From positions 17,360,001 to 17,424,000 of the forward strand of contig OZ024754.1 of assembly GCA_964016885.1 (NCBI GenBank): 64,000 nucleotides of DNA. The letters are read 5' to 3'. How positions within the stretch are numbered: position 1 is the first letter of the stretch; each line of letters begins with the position of its first letter. The position numbers and the translations under genes are program-made. The notes under the pieces are model-generated. The model was not told where the DNA came from, made no database searches, and saw only the letters and a program-made list of their open reading frames with translations. Shown in pieces: positions 48,816 to 62,541 of this stretch. Source of the DNA: Eledone cirrhosa. Its lineage: Eukaryota.

Positions 48816-51800
48816 GGGAAGAAGACGCACGTGGTGGTAGAAGGTCAGGAAATCGCTCCCGTAAATTTTTGATTTTTAACATATTTAAATCAATTGTGAA
48901 ATAACAATTCTTAGTACAAATGATGCATAAACCACCGAATCAAGTCTCATAAAATTTCGGATCCATAATATATTGTTATATCGCTCAAATATTCAATTTT
49001 GTATTATATATTTTATATTCAAAAAAGAAAATGGTTATAAATGGAAGAAAACCCCCTCTGTCTACACTATATAGAACAGCCAAATAACAGCAATTTCACC
49101 AACACCAGAAACTTGATACACCACCTACCCCATCACCCCGCTGTGTACACTAAATATAACAGCCAGATAACAGCAATTTCACCACCACCACCACCAATCC
49201 CAGCATCATAATAATAATTACTATTATTATTGTCTCAACTTTTAACAAAATGTTTAATTCCAATATTACGGGAATATGTCAACACATATATTAAACATAC
49301 GCGACACAAACGCATAGATACTACAGATCAAACAAAACTAGTCTATTCAACACATATATTAAACATACGCGACACAAACGCATAGATACTACATGTCAAA
49401 AAAACTAGTCCATTCAACAAAACTCAGTAACGACAACGCCACCGCCGCCACCACTCCATCCATCATTGCTACCACTATCCCATCACCGCCGCCACCACTC
49501 CTTCATTGCTACCACCACTATTCCCCTGTTAACTTAAGAAAGGGGAAGGTGGCGGTATCACTAGACAAGGGAGAGGCTAGCAAAAGATATAAATAGATTG
49601 ACTTAGTGACCTGGCCACCGACCAAACGTCAACAACTATGGCACTGCTGGCTCCCCCCTTCCTCACCAACAATATAAAAAGCCCCAGCACCACCACCGAC
49701 ATAGCCAACAACAATAACAGGCAACTTCAGCAAAAAGTATATTATATTATTGTAATGCACTGGGCAATTGCTGGCCTTGTGCCTGGAGTGGAGACAATTA
49801 TTAATAATTTCATTCTTAAGCCACGCAATGCTCACATTAAGGAGCCACTCATGATAATAACAATTTAAAAAAACAACAAAAAAGAAAACCCCGTGACCAA
49901 TAAATACCGGGATGGCGGCTGGCGGGGAATAGCCGTATCTCTAGGGGAGAACGACCCCTCCAGTCTTGGTTGACACTCGTTCTAGAAGTGGTAACACGAA
50001 ATGATTACCCCTTTGCGGATAAGGATAAAACGCGACAAAATAAAGTAAATGTCTAATGATAAAATCTCATACCGGATCGGCCGTCACCCGGGTAAAAAAG
50101 GGCTGCGTCCCTCAGAGAGGAACCAGACTGGGGTCGAAAAATCAGCTAATGGTTCAAACCTTCCCATCACTTCGGAGCTGGAGACCTCCCATAACCGGAA
50201 TACTCCTACTGTTGGCCCTCCATGCTCACCACCAAGAAATCCAAAGAAAAAGAGTCCTTGAGGCTTTCTACACTGCCATGTACTACCCATCAAATACAAC
50301 GAATACAGAACAGACATATATCAACTGGAAAAGGAAACATCCCGAAAACAGAGGCTATATTGGCAGTAACAAACTAGCCAATATACGAAGAAATATTGTA
50401 AAAAAAAAGTTACTAACTGATATAGAAATTGATCAGATCAAGCTATTAGCACAAAGTCAGCGAAGGGAAAATGAAACATGTGTCAGGAAAAACGAGGTAA
50501 ATTGTAACACTTCGAATCCCAGGGTTGGGGGCGGAATAACTGGCAACAGAACAAATTAAAGAAAGGATCGAAAAAGTGGAGGGAGTGCATGCTCAAGATG
50601 AAACTCCAAATGAAAATAATGAGATCGTAAATGATAAAGAAATGAATGAGAATGAACTTGCCAACTTGAAGGATGAAATTATGATCGAATGGATGAAAAT
50701 GAAAGAATCTGACATGGGGAAATGAGACACCCTCCCTAAGATCCAGAACTCCAAACAGAACCAAAAGATAATACACAAGACTAACATAATTCTCAAAAAC
50801 ATTATCATCACAAACAAACTAAACATTACTGATTTAAATCATCTCTATTATGCATCGGCTAAAGTCACCACTCACTTATGCGGAGTGAAGATGAAAAAAC
50901 AAAGGAATTCCCACAAGAAATCTACTTGGCAAGAGAACATCAATCGCCAAATAAACCTTCTCCGTTCTGACATAGAAATTTTAACAAACTATAAAGTAGG
51001 TGAACATGTTAAACAAACTAAACTTAGAAAATTGAAAAGAAAGTACAGTATAAAATCAACAAGTGACATAGACATGCTGATAGAAATAATCAAGCAAAAA
51101 GTGTCGGCCAAAGCTGCTCGTATAAGGCGCTTTGAAAAACGATCTAGATTCTATAAGGACAATAATATGTTCAAAAACAACCAAAGAAACTTCTACAGAA
51201 AAATTGGTAAGTCAACAATAACTGCTAAATCAATACCACCCAAGGAGGAAGTGCAAGAATTCTGGGAAAAGATCTGGGCCGAAGAAAAAGTTCATAACAT
51301 ACATGCCCCATGGATAGACAGACAAATGAAAGATACAGCTCACCTTGAAGAACAAATATGGGAAAATATAACAGTTGAACAGTTGCGCTTGGCTCTAAGA
51401 AAAACCAGCAAATGGAAATCCCCAGGAAAAGACAAAATACAAAATTTTTGGATAAATGCCTACACAGAGTCTCATGAGCTGTTAGCCCAACTTTACAATG
51501 AAATAGTTAAGGAGCCAGAAAAGATACCATCATGGCTAGTTAACGGCATTACATTCCTGCTTCCGAAGAATGATGAGACAAACAATCCCAAAAATTACAG
51601 ACCGATAACTTGCTTGACCACAATGTATAAAATTTTAACATCAGTCCTAACTGAATACACATATGACCACCTGATAACAAATGACCTATTTCCCATTGAG
51701 CAGAAAGGGTGTAAACGAGGCTCATATGGCTGTAAGGATCAGCTTTTGGTTAACAAAATGATACTGGAAGATTGTCATAATAGACACAAAAATCTATCAA

Positions 51801-53808
51801 TTGCTTGGTTAGATTATAAAAAAGCATTCGATAGTTTGCCACACAGTTGGATTGAAAAATGTTTAGAGATTTTCAAAATATCCCCCGTTGTCAGGAGGTT
51901 TTTGTCATTCAGTATGAAGACATGGAAAACGACACTCCTTTTGAATAGTGAAACAAAATCACTGGAAGCTGGAGAAGTTAATATTAATTGTGGAATTTTC
52001 AGGGTGACTCTTTATCACCGCTTTTATTCTGCATCGCGCTTATACCATTAAGTAAAATGCTCAATGAAACAAAACATGGAGTCTATGACAAAACCATTAA
52101 TCACTTGTTCTACATGGATGACCTGAACCTATTTGCAAAAAATGATGAACAATTGCAAGGGCTATTATCCACTGTGGAGCAGTTCAGTGATGACATTAAA
52201 ATGGAGTTTGGACTAGATAAATGCGCCAAAGCAACGTTCACCAGAGGAAAGCTGCTGAAGAGTTCAGACATTAATCTTGATCGGGGGAACGTGATAAGAG
52301 AACTTGATCAAGAAAAAACTTACAAATATCTAGGTGTTTGTGAAGGAGACGGAATCAAGCACTCGACAATGAGGGAAAGGATAAGGAAGGAATGTTACCG
52401 CAGAGTAAGAGCAATCTTAAGAACGGAATTGAATGCAAGGAATAGGATCGATGCCATAAACACGCTTGCCATACCAGTAGTAACCTACAGTTACAATGTC
52501 ATCAACTGGTCAAGCACAGAGATACGTAGGCTCGATACAAAAATTCGAAAATTCTTAACCATGCACAGAATGCATCACCCTAAGGCAGATACAGATAGAA
52601 TATATCTCCCTAGGAAAGAAGGAGGACGTGGGTTAATCCAGTTAGACATTGCGTTGAAAACTGCAACAATTGGATTATCTACATATCTAAGGGAATCACA
52701 TGATTGGATGATCAAACTCGTTTTGAAACACGAAAGCATCAAAAGATCATATTCCATTACAAAAGATGCACAAAGATACAGTAATGGACTACAAATTTCA
52801 GAAGTCCCATTTACTGCTGAAATGGAAAACACAGAAAAAGCAAAGCAGGTAAAAGTAACTGCAAAGAAAGAACTGCTACAGAAACTGGCTAAGAAATGGC
52901 AAGAAAAGCCTCTGTATGGAAAATACCCAGAACGAGCTAACAATCCTGATGTTGACAAAACTTTAACCCATCAGTGGTTGGCATTCTCTGGACTGAAATC
53001 GGAGACTGAAGGACTGATTATATCGGCACAAGATCAATGTCTGCCAACAAAAAATTACCAAGCCAACATAATAAAAAATGGATGTAGCCCATTATGCCGT
53101 GTATGCAAAAAACAACCAGAGACCATTGACCATATAATTTCAATGTGCAGTCCTATAGCTCCAACCGAATACCTAAACAGGCATGACAGAGCTGCACAAT
53201 ACATACATACATTGGATAATGTGTAAGCATTTTGACCTGCCCCATCAAAAGAATTGGTGGGAGCATTAACCACCTCCCATACTTGAAAAAGATCACATCT
53301 CAATCTTGTGGAACTTTAGCATCCAAACAGACCGAAAAATAGATGCAAATAGACCTGATATAATATTGAAGGACTTTAAAAAGAGGGTATGTCTGCTAAT
53401 TGATATGTCCGTTCCAATAGACAAGAATGTATCTATAAAAACATTTGAAAAATTGAGCAAGTATAAGGACCTGGAGATAGAAATTGGAAAAATGTGGAAA
53501 TTGAGAACTAAAACAAAACCAGTGGTTGTAGGCGCTCTGGGAATGATACCTAAGGGGTCTAATGATTACTTATCGCAAATCCCAGGAAACCCGCGTATGG
53601 GAGTAATACAAAAGATAGTACTAATGGGAACTGCCCATATACTAAGGAAGATTCTGTCAATATAAGTACATCACAAGTCTAAACACTAAAGATGCACGTG
53701 TGAGTATGTATGTTCTTTCTTGAACATGGCGGACCTTGTTGTCTCTTGAGGTCACTGGTTGTGACTTGGTGATAACTCGTATGAACATAAAGCAAGATAA
53801 ATGCAACT

Positions 53809-53840
<32 letters not shown>

Positions 53841-56800
53841 CACTACCGCCGCTATTCTCTCCCACTACCTCCTGCTACATCGTAGTGTCCCCACTAAAAG
53901 AGGAAGGCATCAAAATATATAAATAGACTGACCCGGTCAAAACCAAAAAACCAAAATCAAAATCAAAGCAGCACAGCAACAACGAAAAACGTAAAGAAAA
54001 GAAAAATGAAGAGAAGAACAAACAGACGGACAGAGAAGGGAAGGGAAAAACTAAGTCAGACATTCAAACATTACATTACAATGAAACTTATGCTTATGCT
54101 TTTTTTTTGGGGGGGGGGTGTTTGTTTGTTTGTTTATTTATGTTCGTCTACAGCGTGATAATGCCACACAAAAATCACCGGGAGTGACGAAATCACCGGA
54201 GGTGATGAAATCACCGGTGGTTATGTAACCATACATTCGCCAATCCTCGATAAGAGTGTTTAAATGTCGAACCTAAACAGTTCGAATAACGGTGAAGTGG
54301 AGACTAGAATGTCATGTGACAGACTCTCACCCAACAGGTGCTCCCTGGCTCAGCAGCAGGGACCTGGCTGTCAACCAAATACTGCTGGTGTCGGAGGAAG
54401 AAGAAGGAAAGGGACCAGAACCAACTGGACGAAAGAATTGAATAGAACTGTTATGCAATGTTACCTGAAGAGTAACCCCAAGGAGAAAGGCTATAGGAAA
54501 CGGATGCATAACATCTGGAACGAGATTGGTCTATTTAAATTAGATGAACAAAAATTGGCCGGGGAGGCTCGGGTAATAAGAACTAATGGGTGGATAAGCG
54601 AGCTGGAACTGGGGGAACTGAGCAGAGAGATTAGCTTGGAAATGGAGAGTGGAGTATGCCAGGCAAACGAGCCAGTGGGAAATGAAGGTGAAGAGGTCGA
54701 CAGAACAGAGGAACCATCCGAAGCAGACAATGATCTGAATGCTGAAATAAATAATACCTGGAACAGAGATACGGCCACTGAGGAGATGAATGCTGACGGG
54801 CTAGGACAAGATTTGGTTGATATCCTAAACTTAGTGGTAGATAAATTGAACAATGATAGTGGGAAACCTATGAACCTAAGATTTGTAGACAGGAAAAAGT
54901 TAAAAGAAACAACAGCTAAGGTAAACAAAGTCATCCATACCTTGAGGCGATACGAGAACAGAGTCAGTCAGTATAGACAAAACCGCATGTTTGACAACAA
55001 CCAGGAGATGCTGTTTGGACAGCTTGAAGGGAAAGAAAGAGGCAACGACTTGATCCCTGAGGCGGAACAAACTAAAACATTCTGGAGAGGAATATGGGAG
55101 CAGGATGTTAAACATAATGACTAGGCAGTGCGGATTGAGACAGTACAGAGGGAGATCGGTGAGCAGGCACACCAACAAACTGATTTGAGTATCACAGTTG
55201 AAACTCTTAAGGGGCAGGCCAAAATACTAACCAACTGGAAATCACCAGGCCCAGATGGTGTGCAGGGGTATTGGATTAAAAATATAACATCCCTCCACCC
55301 GAAACTGACAACCATGTTCAATGACTGCTTGATGTCAGGTGAGGTACCAGAGTGGTTGACAAAAGGTACCACAGTTCTGATAATGAAAGACCGAATCAAG
55401 GTAATGATGTTACCAACTATAGACCTATCACATGTCTGTCCGTAATGTGGAAACTGTTGACGAGCATTATGTCTGAGGAAATCTACCATCACCTCCACAC
55501 AAACAACTTGTTACCGGACGAACAGAAAGGATGCCGAAAGAAGTCCCGTGGTACAAAGGACCAGTTACTTATTGATAAGATGGTAATGAGGAATTGCAAG
55601 AGGAGACACACTGGTCTTGCCATGGGATGGATAGACTACAAAAAGGCATTTGACATGGTGCCTCATTCTTGGATCACCAAAAGCCTAGAGATCTTCAAGG
55701 TGGCAGATAACATCAGACAGTTGTTGGGCAAAAGTACGAAGTCCTGGGAAACAGAGTTAACATCAGCTGGAGAATCCTTGGGAAGCGTGAAGATCAAGAG
55801 AGGTATCTTCCAGGGAGATAGTCTGTCCCCTCTGTTGTTTGTCCTTGCCCTGATGCCCCTGACCAGTGTACTGCGAAAAGTGAGAGCAGGATACGGGTTG
55901 GGAAAGGGAGGGCTTACCATCAATCACCTCCTCTTCATGGACGATCTTAAGCTCTTCGGGAAGAGTGAGAAGGAGAAGGAGTTGGATGTGCTTGTTGACA
56001 CTGTCCGTATTTTCAGCAATGATATATGTATGCAATTTGGTATTAGTAAGTGTGGAGTCCTTGTGATAAAGAGGGGTAAGTTGAGCAGAAGTAACGGAAT
56101 CCAGGTACCAACAGGTGAGATGATAAAGGAAATTGACACTGAAGAAGGATACAAGTATTTGGGTGTTCTGGAGGCTGATGACATCAAGAACAAAAAAATG
56201 AAGGAATTGATAAGAACTGAATACATTCGGAGAGTAAGGAGCGTATTAAAGTCACATCTGAACAGTAGGAATGCCATAAGTGCAGTAAATTCCCGAGCTG
56301 TGTCTATTATTAGGTACAGTGCGGGAATTCTGAGATGGAATGTTGCTGAACAAAAAGAAATGGATAGGAAGACTAGGAAGCTATTGACTATCTACAACAT
56401 GTTCCACAAGAGAAGTGATGTCGATAGACTCTACTTAAGGAGATCTGAAGGTGGAAGAGGTCTTATCAGCATAGAGGACTGTGTTCAGATGGAGAAAAAC
56501 AACCTACACAAATACGTGACTGATAGTAAGGAGCCAATGCTCAGAACTGTACTGAAGGAGAGGACAATAGACCAGGGGATGTCCAAGGAGGAAATAACAT
56601 CAAGGAGAAAGAGCAGCCTTCAGGAAAAATCCCTTCATAGTACCTTCTTTGAGAAAACTGAATTCAGAGATCCACAGACATGGAACTGGTTGAAAAGAGG
56701 AGACCTTAAAAAGGCTACAGAAGGAATGTTAATGGCTGCGCAAGAGCAGGCCCTCAAAACGAAGTGGTTGAAACACCATATTTACAAGGAGGAGGCTAGC

Positions 56801-57470
56801 CCACTATGCAGGATCTGTGGAAAGAGAGAGGAGACTGTGGCTCACATTGTATCCGAGTGTAAACACCTAGCCCAGACTCACTATAAGGGCTGGAGACATG
56901 ATGTGATGGGCAGGGTGATCCACTGGCACCCATGCAAAGTAAACAATTTACCACATTCTGAGAAGTGGTATGAGCATAAGCCAGAATCGGTGATAGAAAA
57001 CGATCAGGTGAAGGTGCTGTGGGATTTTAGGATACAGACGGACAAGAAACTGGAACACGATAGACCTGACCTGGTGGTTGTGGACAAAGAAAAAAGATCG
57101 TGCCTGGTTGTGGATGTGGCCTGCCCATTCGACACGAGAGTGCAAGAGAAGGAGAGGGAGAAAATTAACCGATACCAGGACTTAAAGTGGGAGGTAAAAA
57201 GGATTTGGAACTGCCATGAAGTCAAAGTGGTCCCGATTGTCATAGGCGCACTAGGTACTATCTCAAAAAGTTTCCAGGGATGGTTAAAGAAAATTGGCCC
57301 CTTCACGCTTTTTGGAACACTTCAAAAGGCATGCTTGCTGGGAACAGCAAGAACCCTCCGATACGTCCTGAATATCTGAGGCTGCAGGTAGTGGCTTGAT
57401 ATTCATTTCAAAAAACTTTCCAGTTAACTAACATCAATGACTGAGACTCAAAGAATAATAATAATAATAA
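48816..57470 (+). mobile_element. Third Dong copy (5' region 48816-49520 and 53841-54260; ORF 54264-57379), interrupted by a nested element
   Basis: 5' region homologous to 42860-43900; ORF with 311-bp deletion, TAG at 55122, frameshift near 55400; (TAA)n tail. Confidence 0.88.
49521..53840 (+). mobile_element. Second, distinct R4/Dong family, frameshifted, nested in copy 3
   Basis: ORF pieces 50049-53665: [57 protein letters not shown]; (TAA)n tail 53809-53840. Confidence 0.9.
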
Positions 57471-57615
57471 TAATTGTTTCTACTTTCGGCACAAGGCCAG
57501 CAAATTACCCAGTACATTACTGGTACTTTATTTTATCGACCTCGTAAGTATGAAAGGCAAAGTTAACCTTGGCGGGATTTGAACTCAGATCGTAAAAGGA
57601 CGTAACTATGCTGAA
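57471..57615 (-). mobile_element. Major SINE, 5'-truncated; tail continuous with the Dong (TAA)n
   Basis: AATAATAATTGTTTCTACTTTCGGCACAAGGCCAGC. Confidence 0.88.
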
Positions 57616-57807
57616 ATAATAAATATAAAGACTAAAATCCGAAGAGGGCTCGATAAGGATGATATATATATATTTTTTTTTTTCAGAAGATCCCGTAAAA
57701 GGGTGAAGGTAGCGATTCTTTGGTTAAACTTCAATTTATATATATATGTGTGTGTGTGAAATAAAGTTAAATAAAAGTCAAATGATTAAAATTTAGCTTC
57801 GTTTATT

Positions 57808-57862
57808 ACTGCTATATATATTTCAGTGACAGCCATCTTTGGCTGTGACCTCTTCAGGCAGT
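57808..57862 (-). ncRNA. Type I hammerhead ribozyme (family A)
   Basis: Same sequence as 16212-16266. Confidence 0.85.
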
Positions 57863-58136
57863 TTGAATTAGTATGGTATAGACAAGTACATATGTTGTTT
57901 AGGTGTATGATATTGTCAATACTCTGATATGCCCAGTTCCTTGTTGGGTTGTTAATTCACTGGGGAACTGGAGTCATATGAATTCAAACAAACGAATTTT
58001 CGTGTCACAGGTCCCCTTCCAAACACATTGAATATCTCATCTTAACATCTTGTATCATACCAATCTATCCAACATATTCTGACCTTGAGATTGGTTATAG
58101 CACACACACACACACTTTATCCTACATTATTTCTCA

Positions 58137-58311
58137 TTGGCAGTATCGGTAGAGAGTCGGACACCATGCTTTCCAGCATAGTTACGTCCCTTTACGGTCT
58201 GAGTTCAAATCCCGCCGAGGTTTACTTTACCTTTCATCCTTACAGGGTCGATAAAATAAAGTGCCAGTAATGCACTGGATAATTGCTGGCCTTGTGCCTA
58301 AAGTCGAAACA
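58137..58311 (+). mobile_element. Major SINE inserted into family A, 11-bp TSD
   Basis: TSD ATTATTTCTCA at 58126-58136 and 58312-58322; the empty site is visible at ~16987-16997 (-). Confidence 0.92.
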
Positions 58312-59056
58312 ATTATTTCTCACTTCTCCATATACATTATCATTACTTTTTCACCAATCTCTCATTTACTCTTTATTCTTTATTCTCTATTTATTTATTT
58401 ATTTTCAAATTACACAAATTATATTAATTATTTTATTTTATTATATTATTTATTTATTTTCTGTTTTCTTCATTTATTGCCTTATATTTCTTCATATACA
58501 TGAAAGAACCCCCCCCCCCCCACCACCACCACCACCACCACTACGATGGTGGCGGGAGGGATGAAGAAAAAACACAAACTGGATACTTCTAAATTGTTAG
58601 CAGCAGCAAGATATAAGCTGACCACTACAACAACAACAGTACCAAAATAATGGTGGAGGTCAAATGTACTGAACAATAGCAGGCAAAAACACTACAGGGA
58701 GCCTCACCCCAGAAAGAATTCTATAGACTTCTGACTGAGGAATGCTCACAGAACTGAACAATGGGAAGTTTGACACTTTTTTTGTTATTTTGTTCCTTTA
58801 ACACCTTGTCCCTTCTACCATTTTATCAATTTTTAAGCTAACTCCAACAATAACAACACTTAGAATGAGGAATGTTCTAATAACTGACCAATGAGAGGGG
58901 AAGGGGACCTGTGACACGAAAATTCGTTTGTTTGAATTCATATGACTCCAGTTCCTCAGTGAATTAACAACCCAACAAGGAACTGGGCATATCAGAGTAT
59001 TGACAATATTACACACCTAAACAACATATGTACTTGTCTATACCATACTAATTCAA

Positions 59057-59111
59057 ACTGCCTGAAGAGGTCACAGCCAAAGATGGCTGTCACTGAAATA
59101 TATATAACAGT
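59057..59111 (+). ncRNA. Type I hammerhead ribozyme (family A), one stem I mismatch
   Basis: ACTGC-CTGAAGA-..-GAAA-TATATATA-ACAGT. Confidence 0.8.
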
Positions 59112-60000
59112 AATAAACGAAGCTAAATTTTAATCATTTGACTTTTATTTAACTTTATTTTACACTACTCCGGAGTAACCAAACCAACCTGCGCACTTCG
59201 TTGAGTGCTCCAGCCTGCATACTAAGGTGTTGGTATACAACCAACATAAACTCAAAATCTATATATGTGTGTGTATATATATATATATAAATTACACACC
59301 CAGGTAACATTTGGGACCACATACAACAAAGGGCAAGCGAAAGGGATGAACAAACCAACTGCTGCAAAAAATAACCATATCGTGAGGAACACTGGGAAAC
59401 CTCTCCTAAAACCATAGATTGGCTGGCAAATTAAGCCAATCGTTCGTCCCCGTCTATTTGTCATGAAGAGACGGCAAATTGAAAGTTTGATATATTTAAT
59501 TTCTTGTCTGATAAAAATACATGCAGCCATATGAAATGATTGTATTGCAGTAAATAGAACAGTCTTGTCTTCCGACAGCAAGCTAACCAAGACATGCGAC
59601 AGAAATTCTCCAACATCTGACATTACCTTCTATCAATGAAGAATTAAATTTTCCGGACTAAAATGACAACCCTCTATCATACTTTTGGCTAGTTTTAAGG
59701 GAGAATTTTCTTTCTTAGTACAGTCGCCAAAACTTTAGAATGCTTTGCTATATTCGTTCTGACTCACTACGTTTGGAGTTCGAATCCCATCAAGGACAAC
59801 TTTGCCTTTCATCCTTTCAAAGTCGAGAAAATAAAGTACCAGTCATGTGCTCGAGTCGACCCTTCTATATATATCTCATTCTTTCTCTCTCCTACTATAG
59901 AACACATCGCCTATGTCCAGACGTGGAGAGGGTATGAGCTCCGCCAGGTTTTAAAATCTCCAAGACACTGTATGTGACGTCCGTGCCTTTCTCACTCACT

Positions 60001-60002
<2 letters not shown>

Positions 60003-60079
<77 letters not shown>

Positions 60080-60091
60080 ATATATATATGC

Positions 60092-60131
<40 letters not shown>

Positions 60132-60288
60132 GTGTATATATATATATATATATATATATACGTGTATATATATATATACGTGTATATATGTATACAAGTA
60201 TATTTATATATATACATATATAGTATACATGTATATTTATATATATACATATATAGTATACACGTATATATATATATATATATATATA
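60003..60288. repeat. (CT)n then (TA)n compound microsatellite
   Basis: Directly visible. Confidence 0.95.
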
Positions 60289-60337
60289 TTAATTCAAAAT
60301 ATTAACAAATATAGACATTCGTGTGATCAAGTATATT

Positions 60338-60396
60338 TTATTATACATATTTCAGAGGTACTGAGCTATCTTCAACAGTACGTCCTCATCAGATAA
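60338..60396 (-). ncRNA. Type I hammerhead ribozyme
   Basis: Minus strand TTAT-CTGATGA-GGACGTACTG..CAGTACCTCT-GAAA-TATGTATA-ATAA, ~50 nt from (TA)n. Confidence 0.8.
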
Positions 60397-60703
60397 AATA
60401 AGATGATGTATAACATACCCTGACTAAGTAGATGGTTAAGATTCAGTCATGGCGGGGAATAAGATATGACAAAACTCAATATTTATATACCTTAAGATTG
60501 AGACATGAAAAATTACATATAATACAGAGGGTGCGTGTGCGAAAGCTTATAAAGATACATAATAATAAACAACTACTAATATAATATAAACCTACATAAC
60601 TGTTAGAAATTTAAATAATTTAAATTATTGAAGAAAGAAGAAGTGAAAGACACAGAGAGAAAACTTTATTTATTGATTTATTCATTGAACTTTGTTTAAC
60701 CTT

Positions 60704-60705
<2 letters not shown>

Positions 60706-60772
<67 letters not shown>

Positions 60773-60872
60773 GAAAATATAGATAATTATTGTGAGCAAG
60801 AAGCCAACAGTATTTCATTATATATATATATATATAATATATATATATAATATATATATATAATATATATAT

Positions 60873-60907
<35 letters not shown>

Positions 60908-61004
60908 ATATATATAATATATATATATATATAATATATATATATATAATATATGTATATAATATATATATATAATATATATATATATAATATATATATA
61001 TAAT

Positions 61005-61091
<87 letters not shown>

Positions 61092-61104
61092 TATATATAA
61101 TATA
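60706..61104. repeat. (TA)n/(TATAA) microsatellite
   Basis: Directly visible. Confidence 0.95.
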
Positions 61105-61237
61105 TGCAAAAGTTTTATTTAAAATTGTTGGGTTACAACGAGTAAATATTTTATAACTGATATAAAAGCACTCAACAAGTTTTGGAGTATTTTACGATAT
61201 TAAACAAATGGAAACTACATTTATAAAACCATATTTA

Positions 61238-61299
61238 TTTCATTATATATATTTCAGGGATATCATATTAAAAATATGGTATGCCCTCTTCAGACAAAA
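61238..61299 (-). ncRNA. Type I hammerhead ribozyme
   Basis: Minus strand TTTTGT-CTGAAGA-GGGCATACCATATT-ttt-AATATGATATCCCT-GAAA-TATATATA-ATGAAA. Confidence 0.8.
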
Positions 61300-61607
61300 T
61301 ACAATATATAAACAGTTTTATAAATAAATTTGACATACCTTAAAACTTTACAACTTCCATTTAAAAAAGTTGTTATGGTAGTGAAAATGTTAAGGACAGT
61401 TAGAAAGAAAGACGAAGAGAAAAAAAGAAAGAAAGTGTATAGTGCTAAGGACAGTTAGAGAGGAAGGCGAAGAAAATGAAGAAATGTATGTAAAGAAAAA
61501 AACAACAGAGCGAGATAGAGAGAGAGAGATATGGGAGAGAGAAATATTGAGGAGGTGAAAAATGAATAACGTACAAATGAGAGATTTAGGAGGGAAGGGG
61601 GTACTGT

Positions 61608-61644
<37 letters not shown>

Positions 61645-61669
61645 GTTATAGTGTTAAGGATACGGAGAA

Positions 61670-62541
61670 AAATAAACGACCAAAAAGCCCAGTATTACAA
61701 TGAAGCGTTAGCTAGAGCAGGATATAGTGATAAAATTATGTACATCGATAATAATAGACAAACTAACCAAAATAACAACAATTTTAATTACAGTAACAAC
61801 TTTAACAACTATAATAGAAAGCACTACAATAATTCCCAAAACCAGAAAAGAAATAGAACTAGAAATATAATTTGGTTTGCCCCCCCTTTCTCACTAAACA
61901 TTAAAACCCACATCGCTAAACTATTTTTTAATGCTCTTGACAAACGCTTCCCTAGAACACATAAGTATCACTCAATTTTCAATAGACATACTATAAAATT
62001 AACCTACTCGTCCACCAAAAATTTAGCACAAAATATGAATAGAATAAATAATAGGAATCTAAAACCTAGCCAAAATACCGATAATAGCCTAAACAATATT
62101 CAAGTAAACAACTGTAACTGTAGAGATAGATCTAAATGCCCGTTAAATAACAATTGCTTAGTTAAAAATATAATATACAACTGTAATGTTAAAACTGACT
62201 TAAATTCTTTTAATTATGTTGGTTCCACCTTGACAGAATTTAAACTTCGCTATAATAATCACAAGAATTCTTTCACGGATCCAAACAAAAAATCTTCAAC
62301 ATCACTATCAGGCTTACTCTGGCAACTTAAACATGATAACGTTGGATATTCGATGATTTGGAATATAGTCTCAAGAGGGATTCCTTTTAATTCCTCTTCT
62401 GAGACATGTAACCTCTGCGCGGAGGAGATATTCTTTATACTAAAATCTAAAAATTCCTTTAATTTACGGACCAATTTATTCAGTTGCTGCAGACATAGAT
62501 TGAACTCAACTTTTAAATATAAATATAAATTTAAAATGTAG
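61670..62541 (+). pseudogene. 5'-truncated PLE: open reading frame for thumb end, linker and GIY-YIG
   Basis: YYNEALARAGY, IIWFAPPFS, HKYH, CNCRDRSKCPLNNNCL..IIYNC, YVGST..FKLRYNNH, CNLC, CCRH; no native start codon. Confidence 0.88.

Larger units (their letters stand above)
57759..59260. mobile_element. Non-coding HHR family A fold-back insertion: short copy on - (58020->57759), long copy on + (58021-59260)
   Basis: Near-identical to 16161-17430 but with the arm lengths swapped; microsatellite flanks. Confidence 0.9.

Noticed and set aside
54172-54218. 3x AAATCACCGG hairpin repeat as CRISPR-like or regulatory array
   Set aside because: A short local tandem duplication with no unique spacers, absent from copy 1, in a eukaryotic context.
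44118-57306. Antisense ORFs over Dong, RTE and PLE genes
   Set aside because: Shadow frames with no recognisable motifs.
57684-57725. CAGAAGA-TCCC..GGGT-GAAG hammerhead-like motif (related copy 23290-23330, -)
   Set aside because: No credible stem I/III or NUH triplet; too decayed to count.
61105-61650. Inverted pLTR of the adjacent 61670 PLE
   Set aside because: No matching forward copy was found downstream in the window, so the pairing is unproven.
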